From an uncultured bacterium (GTDB taxonomy: Bacteria; Zhuqueibacterota; QNDG01; CAYUAG01): a stretch of DNA of 64,000 nucleotides. Shown one piece after another: positions 55,415 to 64,000 of the stretch. The DNA lies in contig CAZETW010000004.1 of the NCBI GenBank assembly GCA_964515295.1, forward strand, positions 4,994-68,993. The letters run 5' to 3'. The stretch's first letter is position 1, and every line of letters starts with the position of its first letter. The notes beneath the pieces are model-generated. The model had not been told where the DNA came from, searched no databases, and worked only from the letters and a program-made list of their open reading frames with translations. The position numbers and the translations under genes were made by a program.

Positions 55415-56401
55415 TTACTTCTCATCAGCAAGTAATGATGTAATAGCTGCAGTGTGTACAATATCGTCTGTACTGCACCCCCGGGATAAATCATTAATCG
55501 GTTTTCTTAATCCCTGAACAACAGGTCCGACAGCCTCGGCTTTTGCAAATCGTTGAACAAGTTTGTATCCGATATTTCCTGCATTCAGGTCAGGGAAAAT
55601 GAGAACATTTGCATTTCCTGCAACCACACTCCCGGGTGCCTTCTTTTTAGCAATCTCAGGTATAACAGCTGTATCAACCTGCAGTTCTCCATCAATTTTT
55701 AATATAGGATTTCGTGATTTTGCAATCTTGGTTGCCTCAACAACTTTATCTGTCAGTTCATGTTTTGAACTTCCATAGGTAGAAAATGACAGCATTGCTA
55801 TAATAGGTTCTGTATCAGTGAGTTTTTCATAGGTTTTCGCGGAAGAAATTGCTATACTTGCCAGTCCTTCAGCATCAGGATCAGGAACTACTGCACTGTC
55901 AGCAAAAATTATCATTCTATTCCATCCGGGAATGATCATAAGAAATGCCCCTGAAACTATAGATACCCCTTCGGCAATACCAACACAATGAAGTGCAGAA
56001 CGTATGACATCCCCGGTAGTATTATTTGATCCGGCAACGCTTCCATGGACCTCATCATTCCGGACCATCATTGCTCCGAAAAAAAGAGGATTGGAAACAA
56101 TATTCTCAGCTTCTTTTTCTGATATTCCTTTATGTTTTCTTAATTCATAATATTCTGAAATATATTTATCCAGATGCGGGGAATTTTGGGGATTTATTAT
56201 TTTTATATCATCAAGATCAATGTTTTCTTTTGATATTTTTTTCGAAATATCATCTTCATTACCGAGAATAGTTACTCTGCAGACTTCTTTTTTCCTGAGT
56301 AGTGCAGCTGCTTTTATAATCCGCTCGTCAAATCCTTCAGGTAACACTATATGATTATTTTTTTGGGAAGCTTTATAAAGAATATCCCTTAAGAATTCCA
56401 T
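55415..56401 (-). CDS. pta: Phosphate acetyltransferase / phosphate butyryltransferase (short Pta/Ptb type)
   Basis: Start at MEFLRD with AAGGAG SD 8 nt upstream (the ORF track's earlier ATG would overlap coaD); 328 aa phosphotransacylase fold. Confidence 0.8.
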   Translation of the reverse strand: MEFLRDILYKASQKNNHIVLPEGFDERIIKAAALLRKKEVCRVTILGNEDDISKKISKENIDLDDIKIINPQNSPHLDKYISEYYELRKHKGISEKEAENIVSNPLFFGAMMVRNDEVHGSVAGSNNTTGDVIRSALHCVGIAEGVSIVSGAFLMIIPGWNRMIIFADSAVVPDPDAEGLASIAISSAKTYEKLTDTEPIIAMLSFSTYGSSKHELTDKVVEATKIAKSRNPILKIDGELQVDTAVIPEIAKKKAPGSVVAGNANVLIFPDLNAGNIGYKLVQRFAKAEAVGPVVQGLRKPINDLSRGCSTDDIVHTAAITSLLADEK

Positions 56402-56420
56402 GAATATCGTCTCCTTTCGG

Positions 56421-56900
56421 TTAATAATCAAATTTATTTTTTATAGCCTCAGTAACATTTGGTGGTAAAAAAAGATGTACATCCCCTTTCATTGCCGCTA
56501 CTTCTTTGGCAATAGAGGAATTTATATAAATATATTCTTCATTTGGCATTAAATATACGGTTTCAAGTGAAGGTTTAAGTTTTCTGTTCATTAAAGCCAT
56601 TTGAAATTCATATTCAAAATCCGATACTGCTCTTAATCCTCTGATAATTGCATGTGCACCTTTGTCTTCAGCATATTCCACTAATAGGCCACTGAATGAT
56701 TCAACAGTTACGTTATCAATATTCTTGATTGCTCCGGTAATTAAATCCTTACGTTCTTGCAGGGAAAAGAGGGGTGTTTTCTTTATATTAGTGGAAACAG
56801 CAATAATAACATGATCAAAAAGTTGACCGGCGCGTTTAATAATGTCTAAATGCCCTTTGGTGATAGGATCAAATGTGCCGGGATAAATTGCGGTTTTCAT
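56421..56900 (-). CDS. coaD: Phosphopantetheine adenylyltransferase
   Basis: 159 aa; MKTAIYPGTFDPITKGHLDII (T/HxGH nucleotidyltransferase motif). Confidence 0.92.
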   Translation of the reverse strand: MKTAIYPGTFDPITKGHLDIIKRAGQLFDHVIIAVSTNIKKTPLFSLQERKDLITGAIKNIDNVTVESFSGLLVEYAEDKGAHAIIRGLRAVSDFEYEFQMALMNRKLKPSLETVYLMPNEEYIYINSSIAKEVAAMKGDVHLFLPPNVTEAIKNKFDY

Positions 56901-56902
56901 GG

Positions 56903-57472
56903 TTAAATTCCTTCATTATCTATGATTGGACTGTAAATTGATATGACATTAATTCCAAAAGTTCTTTGCTTAATCATTTTTATTGTATGACTATCTTTAT
57001 CATTATCTTTTTTACCATGTTTTAGTATAAGTAATCCATTATCCTTTAACAGTTTGTATCTATCTATATAATTTACAATTTTTTCTCTTAGATTGTGTTT
57101 AAAAGGAGGATCGGCAAATATTATATCAAAATCATATCTCTTTTCCCCCAGTCTGATTAATTGGGTAAAGACATTTCCCTTTATTATCAATCCCTTACGG
57201 CTAAAATTACATAATTGTATGTTTTTTTTTATTATATTTATACTATATTGTGATCTGTCAATAAAATTTGCTCTAAAAGCACCGCGGCTAAGTGCTTCAA
57301 TACCCAGAGCTCCGCTTCCGGCAAAAAGATCAAGAACAACGGCATTTTCAATTTTATATTGTAGATAAGAGAAGATAAATTCTTTGACTATTCCTGTAGT
57401 AGGTCTGAATTTATGTCCAGAAGGACCATATAATTTTCTTCCCTTAGCTTGACCTCCTATAATTCTAATCAC
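56903..57472 (-). CDS. rsmD: 16S rRNA (guanine966-N2)-methyltransferase RsmD
   Basis: 189 aa; DLFAGSGALGIEALSRGA and FADPPF motifs. Confidence 0.88.
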   Translation of the reverse strand: MIRIIGGQAKGRKLYGPSGHKFRPTTGIVKEFIFSYLQYKIENAVVLDLFAGSGALGIEALSRGAFRANFIDRSQYSINIIKKNIQLCNFSRKGLIIKGNVFTQLIRLGEKRYDFDIIFADPPFKHNLREKIVNYIDRYKLLKDNGLLILKHGKKDNDKDSHTIKMIKQRTFGINVISIYSPIIDNEGI

Positions 57473-57499
57473 TACAATGTACCGTATATAAAATTTATA

Positions 57500-58777
57500 T
57501 TAAGATCTTAAGGTTAAATCTATCACAAACTTAATAGTTTCACCTTTGAAGTCTTTAACATTTACAGGGGTAATAATCATTTTGTCTACACTATATTTAC
57601 CACTGTTTCTCAATAATATGGTTAGATATGTTATTAAGTTATTACTATTCCCTTCAACATTAATACGTACCGGAATGGTAGTTTCACCGGATTGTGTATT
57701 TGCTGGAAAGGTCTTACTATCTTTAAATACTAAAGAATTATTTTGTGCTGTTCTTTGCAACCATTGTTGTAATAATTGAGCTGAATTAAAATTTTTAGCT
57801 GAAACGGGCTGACTTATTACCGAACCAGGTAATTCTCCGGAAATTACTCCCCAGTATCGCATCTCTCCATTAGTCCTAAAGCCATCTTCCGGAGATGTCT
57901 CATATTTTCCGGTATTGAAAATTGTTTTAATTTTCTCTGCCATTTCACCAGAAACATTAGGCTGTAATGAGGCATATCCGGCTCTGAAGTATTTATCTTT
58001 AATATCGATAATGATAGTACCAAGACAGTTGTTCTGAGAAAAATAGTTGATCAGAGAACCTGTGTTTTTTGCTAATTCAGTAGTTTGTATTGCTGTGCCA
58101 GGAGCACTTACTTTTTCTGTTGTTTCACCTGGTTTGACGGGTTGTTTTTCTGAATCAGGAGCAGTTACTCCGGTACTGGATGTAGTGTCTTTTTTCCCTG
58201 CAGCTAATTGCTTACGTTGCTGTTCAATCAATTCCTCAATATCAGGTTTTTCCGGAATATTATTTTGTATATCCCTGAGAGCTTCAACTTTTGGTTTATA
58301 CACAAATTGATATCCCAGCGCAACTATCACTACAATCCCCAATAGTATTAACAGAAATGGAGAGACACCTTTTTTCTTTACTTCACCATAGGTATAATCT
58401 TCATCTTTACTATCTTTAGCAGGTCCTTCCAAGTCAGGAATTTCTTCTTCGTTGTCTAACTCGTCATCTAAAAATTCTTCATCATCTAAAGAAGATACAT
58501 CGTCCAATTCACTGTCAATATCTTTATCAATATCAGATCCGGTGTCTTCGTCTAATCCGTCTTCAAATTCATCGTCTAAATCCAAATCCATATTTTGATT
58601 TTTATTGAAATCTCCACCAAGTTTTTCCTCATCGTTAAAACTTAATTTCTCATCAAAATCACCACCTAAATCCTCTTTGTCTTCTTGAGAATCATCCCTT
58701 GCATTTTTTTCTTTTTTTCCTTTTTCCTCTTCCTTTTCCTCTTCATCATCATCTTTAAAAAGATTAATGTCTACCAT
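57500..58777 (-). CDS. PilN-like inner-membrane protein with long acidic cytoplasmic insertion
   Basis: 425 aa; N-terminal MVDINLF resembles the PilN INLLP PilM-binding motif; ~130-aa D/E-rich tract; single TM; ~270-aa periplasmic domain. Confidence 0.45.
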   Translation of the reverse strand: MVDINLFKDDDEEEKEEEKGKKEKNARDDSQEDKEDLGGDFDEKLSFNDEEKLGGDFNKNQNMDLDLDDEFEDGLDEDTGSDIDKDIDSELDDVSSLDDEEFLDDELDNEEEIPDLEGPAKDSKDEDYTYGEVKKKGVSPFLLILLGIVVIVALGYQFVYKPKVEALRDIQNNIPEKPDIEELIEQQRKQLAAGKKDTTSSTGVTAPDSEKQPVKPGETTEKVSAPGTAIQTTELAKNTGSLINYFSQNNCLGTIIIDIKDKYFRAGYASLQPNVSGEMAEKIKTIFNTGKYETSPEDGFRTNGEMRYWGVISGELPGSVISQPVSAKNFNSAQLLQQWLQRTAQNNSLVFKDSKTFPANTQSGETTIPVRINVEGNSNNLITYLTILLRNSGKYSVDKMIITPVNVKDFKGETIKFVIDLTLRS

Positions 58778-58837
58778 GATATAATTCCTCCCTTAAATTC
58801 TCAATAATGTAACCCCTCTTCCTCATTCCTAAAAATT

Positions 58838-59788
58838 TTATTTGAATTGTTTTAATGCTACCCCGATAGATGATGTAAATTTTTCAGGATTTTCTCTGAA
58901 TTTTTCATTATTTGAAATTGATTGTGAAATTGCAATTTTAGAAAATGGATTCAGTATTTCAATGGGCACTTGTATATTTTTAGTCAGTTGATTCTGGAAA
59001 TCATAAATTAAATCACGTCCGGTTAAATAAATTTTTTCAAAATCTTCAATTTTATTGACTATTTTATGACCAAAAATTAATCTTTTTAATTCTTTTAATA
59101 ATAAATCGCTTATTTCTGAAACACTTACTATGGTTGAATTATCTTTATTTTTTAATGAAATATTATATGATAAATAGAATTCTTCATCCTTAATAAAAAT
59201 AATACAAATATATTCTCTTTGTAAATCAATTAAAATATTGATCCCTTCACTTAGTTGGTAATTTTCAACTAATGAGCGGATATTTGAAAAAACATCAACG
59301 TCTATATCCTTTAAAATCATGCCGGTCTTATGTATGAGTTTTCTGATCATAGACAAAAATTTTTTTCTAAGTAAGACAACAACATATAAAGGATTACCAG
59401 AAAATGTCTGGAACGGCAACCGCTGATAATCAACAATATAGTCATCTAAAGAAGAAATAACAAACTGTTGTGATTCCCAATAGAGTTGCTGTTGTATAAA
59501 ATTTTTATCAAGACCAAGGGCAATAGGGATTCGTTTGATCAAAACACAACCGCTATATATTGAAACACCTACTTCTTTACCAGCTCCTAAATCTTTATAC
59601 AGATCTTTTAAAATAACACTCTGCGTGTCCAGAAAATTATTTTGAGACATCATTGTTTCCATATCAAAAGATTGTAATAGATGTTTGGAAACAAGATTCT
59701 GGACACTCTTATTTTTCATCAAAACAAGGCACATTTGATCTGGGTATATAGATAACCCAATATAAGGATTTTCAGAGTGCTTTTTCAC
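58838..59788 (-). CDS. PilM-like actin-fold protein (type IV pilus/competence assembly)
   Basis: 316 aa; N-terminal IGLSIYPDQMCLVLM and C-terminal NPF...SSIGVALKQF resemble PilM termini. Confidence 0.5.
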   Translation of the reverse strand: MKKHSENPYIGLSIYPDQMCLVLMKNKSVQNLVSKHLLQSFDMETMMSQNNFLDTQSVILKDLYKDLGAGKEVGVSIYSGCVLIKRIPIALGLDKNFIQQQLYWESQQFVISSLDDYIVDYQRLPFQTFSGNPLYVVVLLRKKFLSMIRKLIHKTGMILKDIDVDVFSNIRSLVENYQLSEGINILIDLQREYICIIFIKDEEFYLSYNISLKNKDNSTIVSVSEISDLLLKELKRLIFGHKIVNKIEDFEKIYLTGRDLIYDFQNQLTKNIQVPIEILNPFSKIAISQSISNNEKFRENPEKFTSSIGVALKQFK

Positions 59789-59809
59789 TTAAATATTTTT
59801 TTATGACCT

Positions 59810-61558
59810 CTATTCGTCCCAACTTTTTGAGCCAACATCTGCTTTACCGTGATTTCTTATTTTACGTCCACCGAATACTTTTTCTATAAAAGGAACAGTA
59901 ATTTTTTTATATGTGGTGTCGTTATTTACCGGATCAATAATCATAATTTTTTTAACTTCTTCAGTGTCGACTATGGGACATTTGATCTCGAATTCCGGTG
60001 GAGAAACAGTATCATTATAGCTTACTAAATATTTTTCTTTAGCTACAGGGCAAATATCGACTGATTTTAACAGAGTTCCACTGAATAAAGGAACAATCCC
60101 TAAATCGTATAATATGGAATTTGTTTTTGATTCAGTATTAACTATGATATTCCACAGCTCTTTGTTATTAGGAAGATCAAGGTTATTTACAATTTCAGCA
60201 GTTTTGTCTTTTCCTAATATTTTCATCCATTTAACAGAGGCATCAAGTTTTTTCAGAGCAGTATTTTTCTGCTCTAATTTTTCTTTTTCTTTTTCCCACA
60301 ATACATCTTGTTCCTGTCTCCACATCAGATCTTTAATTTCATACCAAAATTCTTCTTCATTCTTTTCTTGTTCAGTAATCCATTCCTGATAGGCTTCATC
60401 TTCCCAGGTTAATCTTCTGTCACTGAGAAACAGATCCTTTTTAACATCCTGAACATAATTTTTATTATGATCCAACCATTTCTCATATTCTTTTTCTTTC
60501 AGGCTGTCGACAATGGTGTTCCAAAGAGAATCTTTCTGGGCTTCAAAAGTTTCCTGTAAAGAATCCGGAACAGTTGCAAGTTTGTTCTCCAGCCATTCTT
60601 TTTTTCTTTCCAATGTCCACCTTTTGTCCAGAATTCTCTTCCACACTTCAGAATTTTCTTCTAACCATTGTTGACCTTCTTTTTTCCAGAGTTTATCGCG
60701 GACTTCTTTCCATTTTAATTCTTTCCTGTTACTCCACAATACCCTTTTTTGCTCATCAATAATGGAATCTTTTTTTGCCTGGGAGAGTGTGTCAAGCTTT
60801 TCTGACCATTGAGGTCTCTTAACTGTTTCCCAGGTATCACGATCTCTACCTTCTTCCCCGCCCCAGATATCTTTGCTTAATGCAAAGTTTACAGAATTTG
60901 CCAGTTCTTCATAAAAATATGGTCTATAGTGATCCCAATAGCGTGTATCTTCCAGATCTGTGTTTCTTCTGAATTCCCGTACGGTATATCTTCGCATATA
61001 GGTTGAGGTAGCCTGATCTTCAAGGATATCCTGTACGTTTTTTCTGGGTAATAAAGTGTTCCATGCCACTGCATTATCAATCACTTCTTTACTTTTTACA
61101 GAATCAGGGCTGGTTATATATTGTTTTAAGCCTTCAACAAGTTTATATCGTAATGAATCCCAATGAGAAAGATTTGATACCGGCTCTCCATTTTCTAACT
61201 TCGTTAATATCAGATTACTCAGGTCCTCCGGAAGATTTTTCTGCATTACAAGAGTTTTCAGTTTATCTTTTTGTATCACTTTATCCCAATATAATACAGA
61301 ATCCAATCTTGCCAGAGCAGTACTATCTTCCACAACATTATTAATTAATTTGGGGATGCTGTCAGAATAAGTACGATAATTATTATAATACTGATATTGG
61401 TAATTCTGAAGTGCATCCATGCGCGCCCTGCATATCTGCTGTAAATTTTCCTGCTTTTCCCAAATATTTTTTGGATAAAGAATTGCCCAAAGAAGAACGA
61501 TTATTAATACTACAATGATCACTTCTAAAATAAAACTCCCCTTTGAATTTTTAATCAT
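59810..61558 (-). CDS. Prepilin-like protein with tryptophan-periodic K/E-rich repeats
   Basis: 582 aa; class III signal MIKNSKG|SFILEVIIVVLIIVLL with Glu at +5; body contains ~10-residue-period W repeats (WEKQE..., LWSNRKELKWKEVRDKLWKKEGQQWLEENSEVWKRILDKRW...). Confidence 0.55.
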   Translation of the reverse strand: MIKNSKGSFILEVIIVVLIIVLLWAILYPKNIWEKQENLQQICRARMDALQNYQYQYYNNYRTYSDSIPKLINNVVEDSTALARLDSVLYWDKVIQKDKLKTLVMQKNLPEDLSNLILTKLENGEPVSNLSHWDSLRYKLVEGLKQYITSPDSVKSKEVIDNAVAWNTLLPRKNVQDILEDQATSTYMRRYTVREFRRNTDLEDTRYWDHYRPYFYEELANSVNFALSKDIWGGEEGRDRDTWETVKRPQWSEKLDTLSQAKKDSIIDEQKRVLWSNRKELKWKEVRDKLWKKEGQQWLEENSEVWKRILDKRWTLERKKEWLENKLATVPDSLQETFEAQKDSLWNTIVDSLKEKEYEKWLDHNKNYVQDVKKDLFLSDRRLTWEDEAYQEWITEQEKNEEEFWYEIKDLMWRQEQDVLWEKEKEKLEQKNTALKKLDASVKWMKILGKDKTAEIVNNLDLPNNKELWNIIVNTESKTNSILYDLGIVPLFSGTLLKSVDICPVAKEKYLVSYNDTVSPPEFEIKCPIVDTEEVKKIMIIDPVNNDTTYKKITVPFIEKVFGGRKIRNHGKADVGSKSWDE

Positions 61559-61968
61559 CTGTTTTCCTCCATAGTTATATTTGTGTTAATTAGATTTATT
61601 TTTAAAAAAGGTTTTAATTGTTCAATTGTTTTCTCCCCAATTCCTTTAACATTTTTCAGTTCATTTATGGAAGTAAAATATCCTTTTGTTTTTCTGTATT
61701 GTACAATTCTTTCTGCTTTTACAGGACCAATTCCTGGTAATGTTTTAAAATCATCCAGGTTTGCTTTATTTATGTTAACACATGTAACTTGATTATCTTT
61801 TTCTGTGACTGTTTCATCATTAACGGTGACATCATTATTCATTACCAGGGATGGAGTTTCCGGTAATGATTTCCATTTAATTTGAAAAATACGGATACAC
61901 AGTCCAGCTAAAAAAGTTAATAGCAGGAATATGATAAATTTACTTTCTTTAGGAGTAAAACCCAGCAT
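61555..61968 (-). CDS. comEA: ComEA family DNA-binding protein (helix-hairpin-helix)
   Basis: 137 aa; N-terminal TM; INKANLDDFKTLPGIGPVKAERIV and LKNVKGIGEKTIEQL HhH motifs. Confidence 0.85.
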   Translation of the reverse strand: MLGFTPKESKFIIFLLLTFLAGLCIRIFQIKWKSLPETPSLVMNNDVTVNDETVTEKDNQVTCVNINKANLDDFKTLPGIGPVKAERIVQYRKTKGYFTSINELKNVKGIGEKTIEQLKPFLKINLINTNITMEENR

Positions 61969-63068
61969 TACTGCACCTTTGGATATATTTCTTTCATATG
62001 GGAAAGATCCTTAAAAAGTTTTTTTGTCGTTTTGGAAATTTTCTCCGGTGTCCATATAATCACCCTTACCAATTGATCACCTTTGCGTTTTGAATGCAAA
62101 TGTGGAATCCCCTTATTTCGCATCCGTAATATTTTACCTGATTGAGTTCCGGGATCAATATACAGTTTTGCTTTACCATCTAACGTTGGAATTTCCACTT
62201 CATCACCTAAAACAGCCTGAGTTATACTTATATACAGTATATATAGTATATCCTCTCCATGTCTTTCAAAATTTTCATCTTTTTTTTCTTCAAACACTAC
62301 ATGAACATCGCCGGGTGGTCCGCCTTTGGGCCCGACATCACCTTTGCCTCTTATAGTCAAATAATTACCTGGTGAAACCCCTGGTGGAATTTTTACATTT
62401 ATTTTTGTTGTTCCTTTTTTTCTTCCTTCACCTCTGCAGTCAGGACATGGATCGGTAATTATGTTCCCTTCACCTCCACATCGGGGACAGGTTTTAATAT
62501 TGACAAACTGCCCCAGTAAAGATTGACTTACCTGACGTATTTGTCCTGAACCCTTACATTCAGGACAGGTAGAAATTGAATTTTTATCTTTTGCACCTGC
62601 TCCATTACATGTTTCACAGGTTACTTTTCTTTTTATATTTAATTGTTTCTCAGCTCCTTTTGCGATTTCCTGTAAAGAAAGCTGTAGTTTTAACTGTAAA
62701 TCATTGCCTCGTAAAGAGCCTCCTCTTTTTCTCTCTCTTCCAAAGAAATCACCGAATCCTCCCAGTCCGCCGAATCCTTCCATAAAGGTACGTAATGCAT
62801 CAGAAAGATCAAAATCAAAACCGCCGAATCCTGCTCCTGCACCCTTAACACCTGCATGTCCGAATCGGTCATATCTTTCCTTTTTCTGGGGATTACTGAG
62901 AATTTCGTATGCTTCTGCAGCTTCTTTAAATTTTTCTTCAGCATCCTTATTATCCGGATTTTTGTCAGGATGATATTTTATTGCTAATTTACGATAAGCC
63001 TTTTTTATTTCTTCTGTATTTGCATTTCTGCTGACTTCTAAGACTTTGTAATAATCGCGTTTCGTCAT
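61968..63068 (-). CDS. dnaJ: Molecular chaperone DnaJ
   Basis: 366 aa; J domain with HPD, G/F region, four CxxCxGxG repeats. Confidence 0.95.
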   Translation of the reverse strand: MTKRDYYKVLEVSRNANTEEIKKAYRKLAIKYHPDKNPDNKDAEEKFKEAAEAYEILSNPQKKERYDRFGHAGVKGAGAGFGGFDFDLSDALRTFMEGFGGLGGFGDFFGRERKRGGSLRGNDLQLKLQLSLQEIAKGAEKQLNIKRKVTCETCNGAGAKDKNSISTCPECKGSGQIRQVSQSLLGQFVNIKTCPRCGGEGNIITDPCPDCRGEGRKKGTTKINVKIPPGVSPGNYLTIRGKGDVGPKGGPPGDVHVVFEEKKDENFERHGEDILYILYISITQAVLGDEVEIPTLDGKAKLYIDPGTQSGKILRMRNKGIPHLHSKRKGDQLVRVIIWTPEKISKTTKKLFKDLSHMKEIYPKVQ

Positions 63069-63088
63069 GTCAATTTCCCCTTAAAGCA

Positions 63089-63619
63089 TTATTTACTCAC
63101 TACGACTTTGGCATGACGTAATACAGTTCCATCTAAGAAATATCCTTTCTGATGTTCTTCCAACACAATATCTGGTTCTACACCCTCCTTTTTTACCTGC
63201 ATTATTGCATCATGAAAATCGACCTCAAAAGGCTCACCCTTAGCATGCATAGGTTCCAGGCCTTGTTCTTCAAGCGTACTTAATAAATTTTTAAAAATCA
63301 ATTCTATTCCTTTGTATAACTCTGCATCCTTGTTTTTTGTGTGTTCGGGATCCAGAGATCTTTCCAAATCATCAATGATCGGCAGTAATTTTTTGATCAG
63401 ATCAGCATTTGCATTCTTAATAATCCGGGTAACCTCTCTTTCAGTGCGTTTTTTATAATTATCGAGATCTGCTCTGGCTCTCAATAGTGTATCTTTTAAA
63501 AATTCATTTTCTTTTTTCAGCTTTTGTAATTCCTCTCTCAGTTCTTTATTCGTCTTAGTTTTACTGCTTTTTGTATCTTTTGTTTTTTCTGTTGTTGTAT
63601 TATTTTTCTTTTTGGCCAT
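63089..63619 (-). CDS. grpE: Nucleotide exchange factor GrpE
   Basis: 176 aa; coiled-coil N-terminus, C-terminal GrpE beta domain. Confidence 0.9.
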   Translation of the reverse strand: MAKKKNNTTTEKTKDTKSSKTKTNKELREELQKLKKENEFLKDTLLRARADLDNYKKRTEREVTRIIKNANADLIKKLLPIIDDLERSLDPEHTKNKDAELYKGIELIFKNLLSTLEEQGLEPMHAKGEPFEVDFHDAIMQVKKEGVEPDIVLEEHQKGYFLDGTVLRHAKVVVSK

Positions 63620-63652
63620 TATGAGTAATCTTTATTTTAAAAATAATTATAT

Positions 63653-64000
63653 CAGCTTAGATAATAATTAATGGTTTCTGTAACACAATCTACTAACGGC
63701 AGAATGGTATCATATCGTAATCTGGTCGGCCCGATTACTCCCAGTGTCCCATAATCTTTACCCCGTTGATAGTTACTCTTAATCACTGTAAAATTTTTTA
63801 ATTTTTCGTTCTCATTTTCAGTTCCGATTGTAATTTCTGTTTTTTCTATTTTTCTGTTAAACAGGGTAATTAATTTTTTCTTATCATCAATTAGATAAAA
63901 GAATTGCCCCAGTAAGTTTGTATCTGAAAATTCCGGTTGATTAATAATATTATATGTACCCCAGGTATGGATATCCAGAGGTTCAGAAAAATTAAATAGA
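63653..64000 (-). CDS. hrcA: Heat-inducible transcription repressor HrcA, C-terminal part (truncated by window end)
   Basis: Manual translation ends ...YQRGKDYGTLGVIGPTRLRYDTILPLVDCVTETINYYLS*, matching HrcA C-terminus (GVIGPTRM.Y); position upstream of grpE. Confidence 0.6.

Overview
This is a gene-dense, AT-rich bacterial chromosomal segment with about 50 CDS, 2 tRNAs and an RNase P RNA, from a Gram-negative (diderm) organism with LPS. Supporting gene content: an LptF/LptG pair, a T9SS-type C-terminal sorting domain on a giant protein, a Bacteroidota-like grpE-dnaJ arrangement without dnaK, and a long SecA. Together these point to a member of the FCB superphylum, but the phylum cannot be fixed from sequence alone. 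The backbone is housekeeping: rpmH-rnpA-yidD-yidC-mnmE, lptF/G, rpsU-yqeY, cvpA, mutS2-dnaG, tRNA-Met, rnhA, rnpB, recJ, ilvE, nusB, secA, topA, xerC/D, hpf, hprK, mce, yjbQ-thiL, ftsEX, rnr, pta-coaD-rsmD and hrcA-grpE-dnaJ. Between about 32.4 kb and 61.9 kb the content becomes accessory-like. It holds a repeat-flanked M16 lipoprotein peptidase. It holds a TPR protein plus a secreted hypothetical protein, and a tandem class II aldolase plus flavin reductase. It holds a DUF39/NIL-ferredoxin homocysteine-biosynthesis pair. The most unusual item is a three-gene minus-strand operon. It encodes a 2029-aa repeat-rich T9SS cargo protein and a FadL/PorV-like beta-barrel fused to TPRs. Its third product is a 1118-aa protein fusing an RsbW-like kinase, a transmembrane sensor, HAMP, an RsbU/SpoIIE PP2C phosphatase, a transposase-derived HTH, an acidic tract and TPRs. 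A second unusual module lies between dnaJ and rsmD: ComEA, a prepilin-like protein with periodic tryptophan repeats, a PilM-like protein and a PilN-like protein with a long acidic insertion. No CRISPR array or intact IS element was found.
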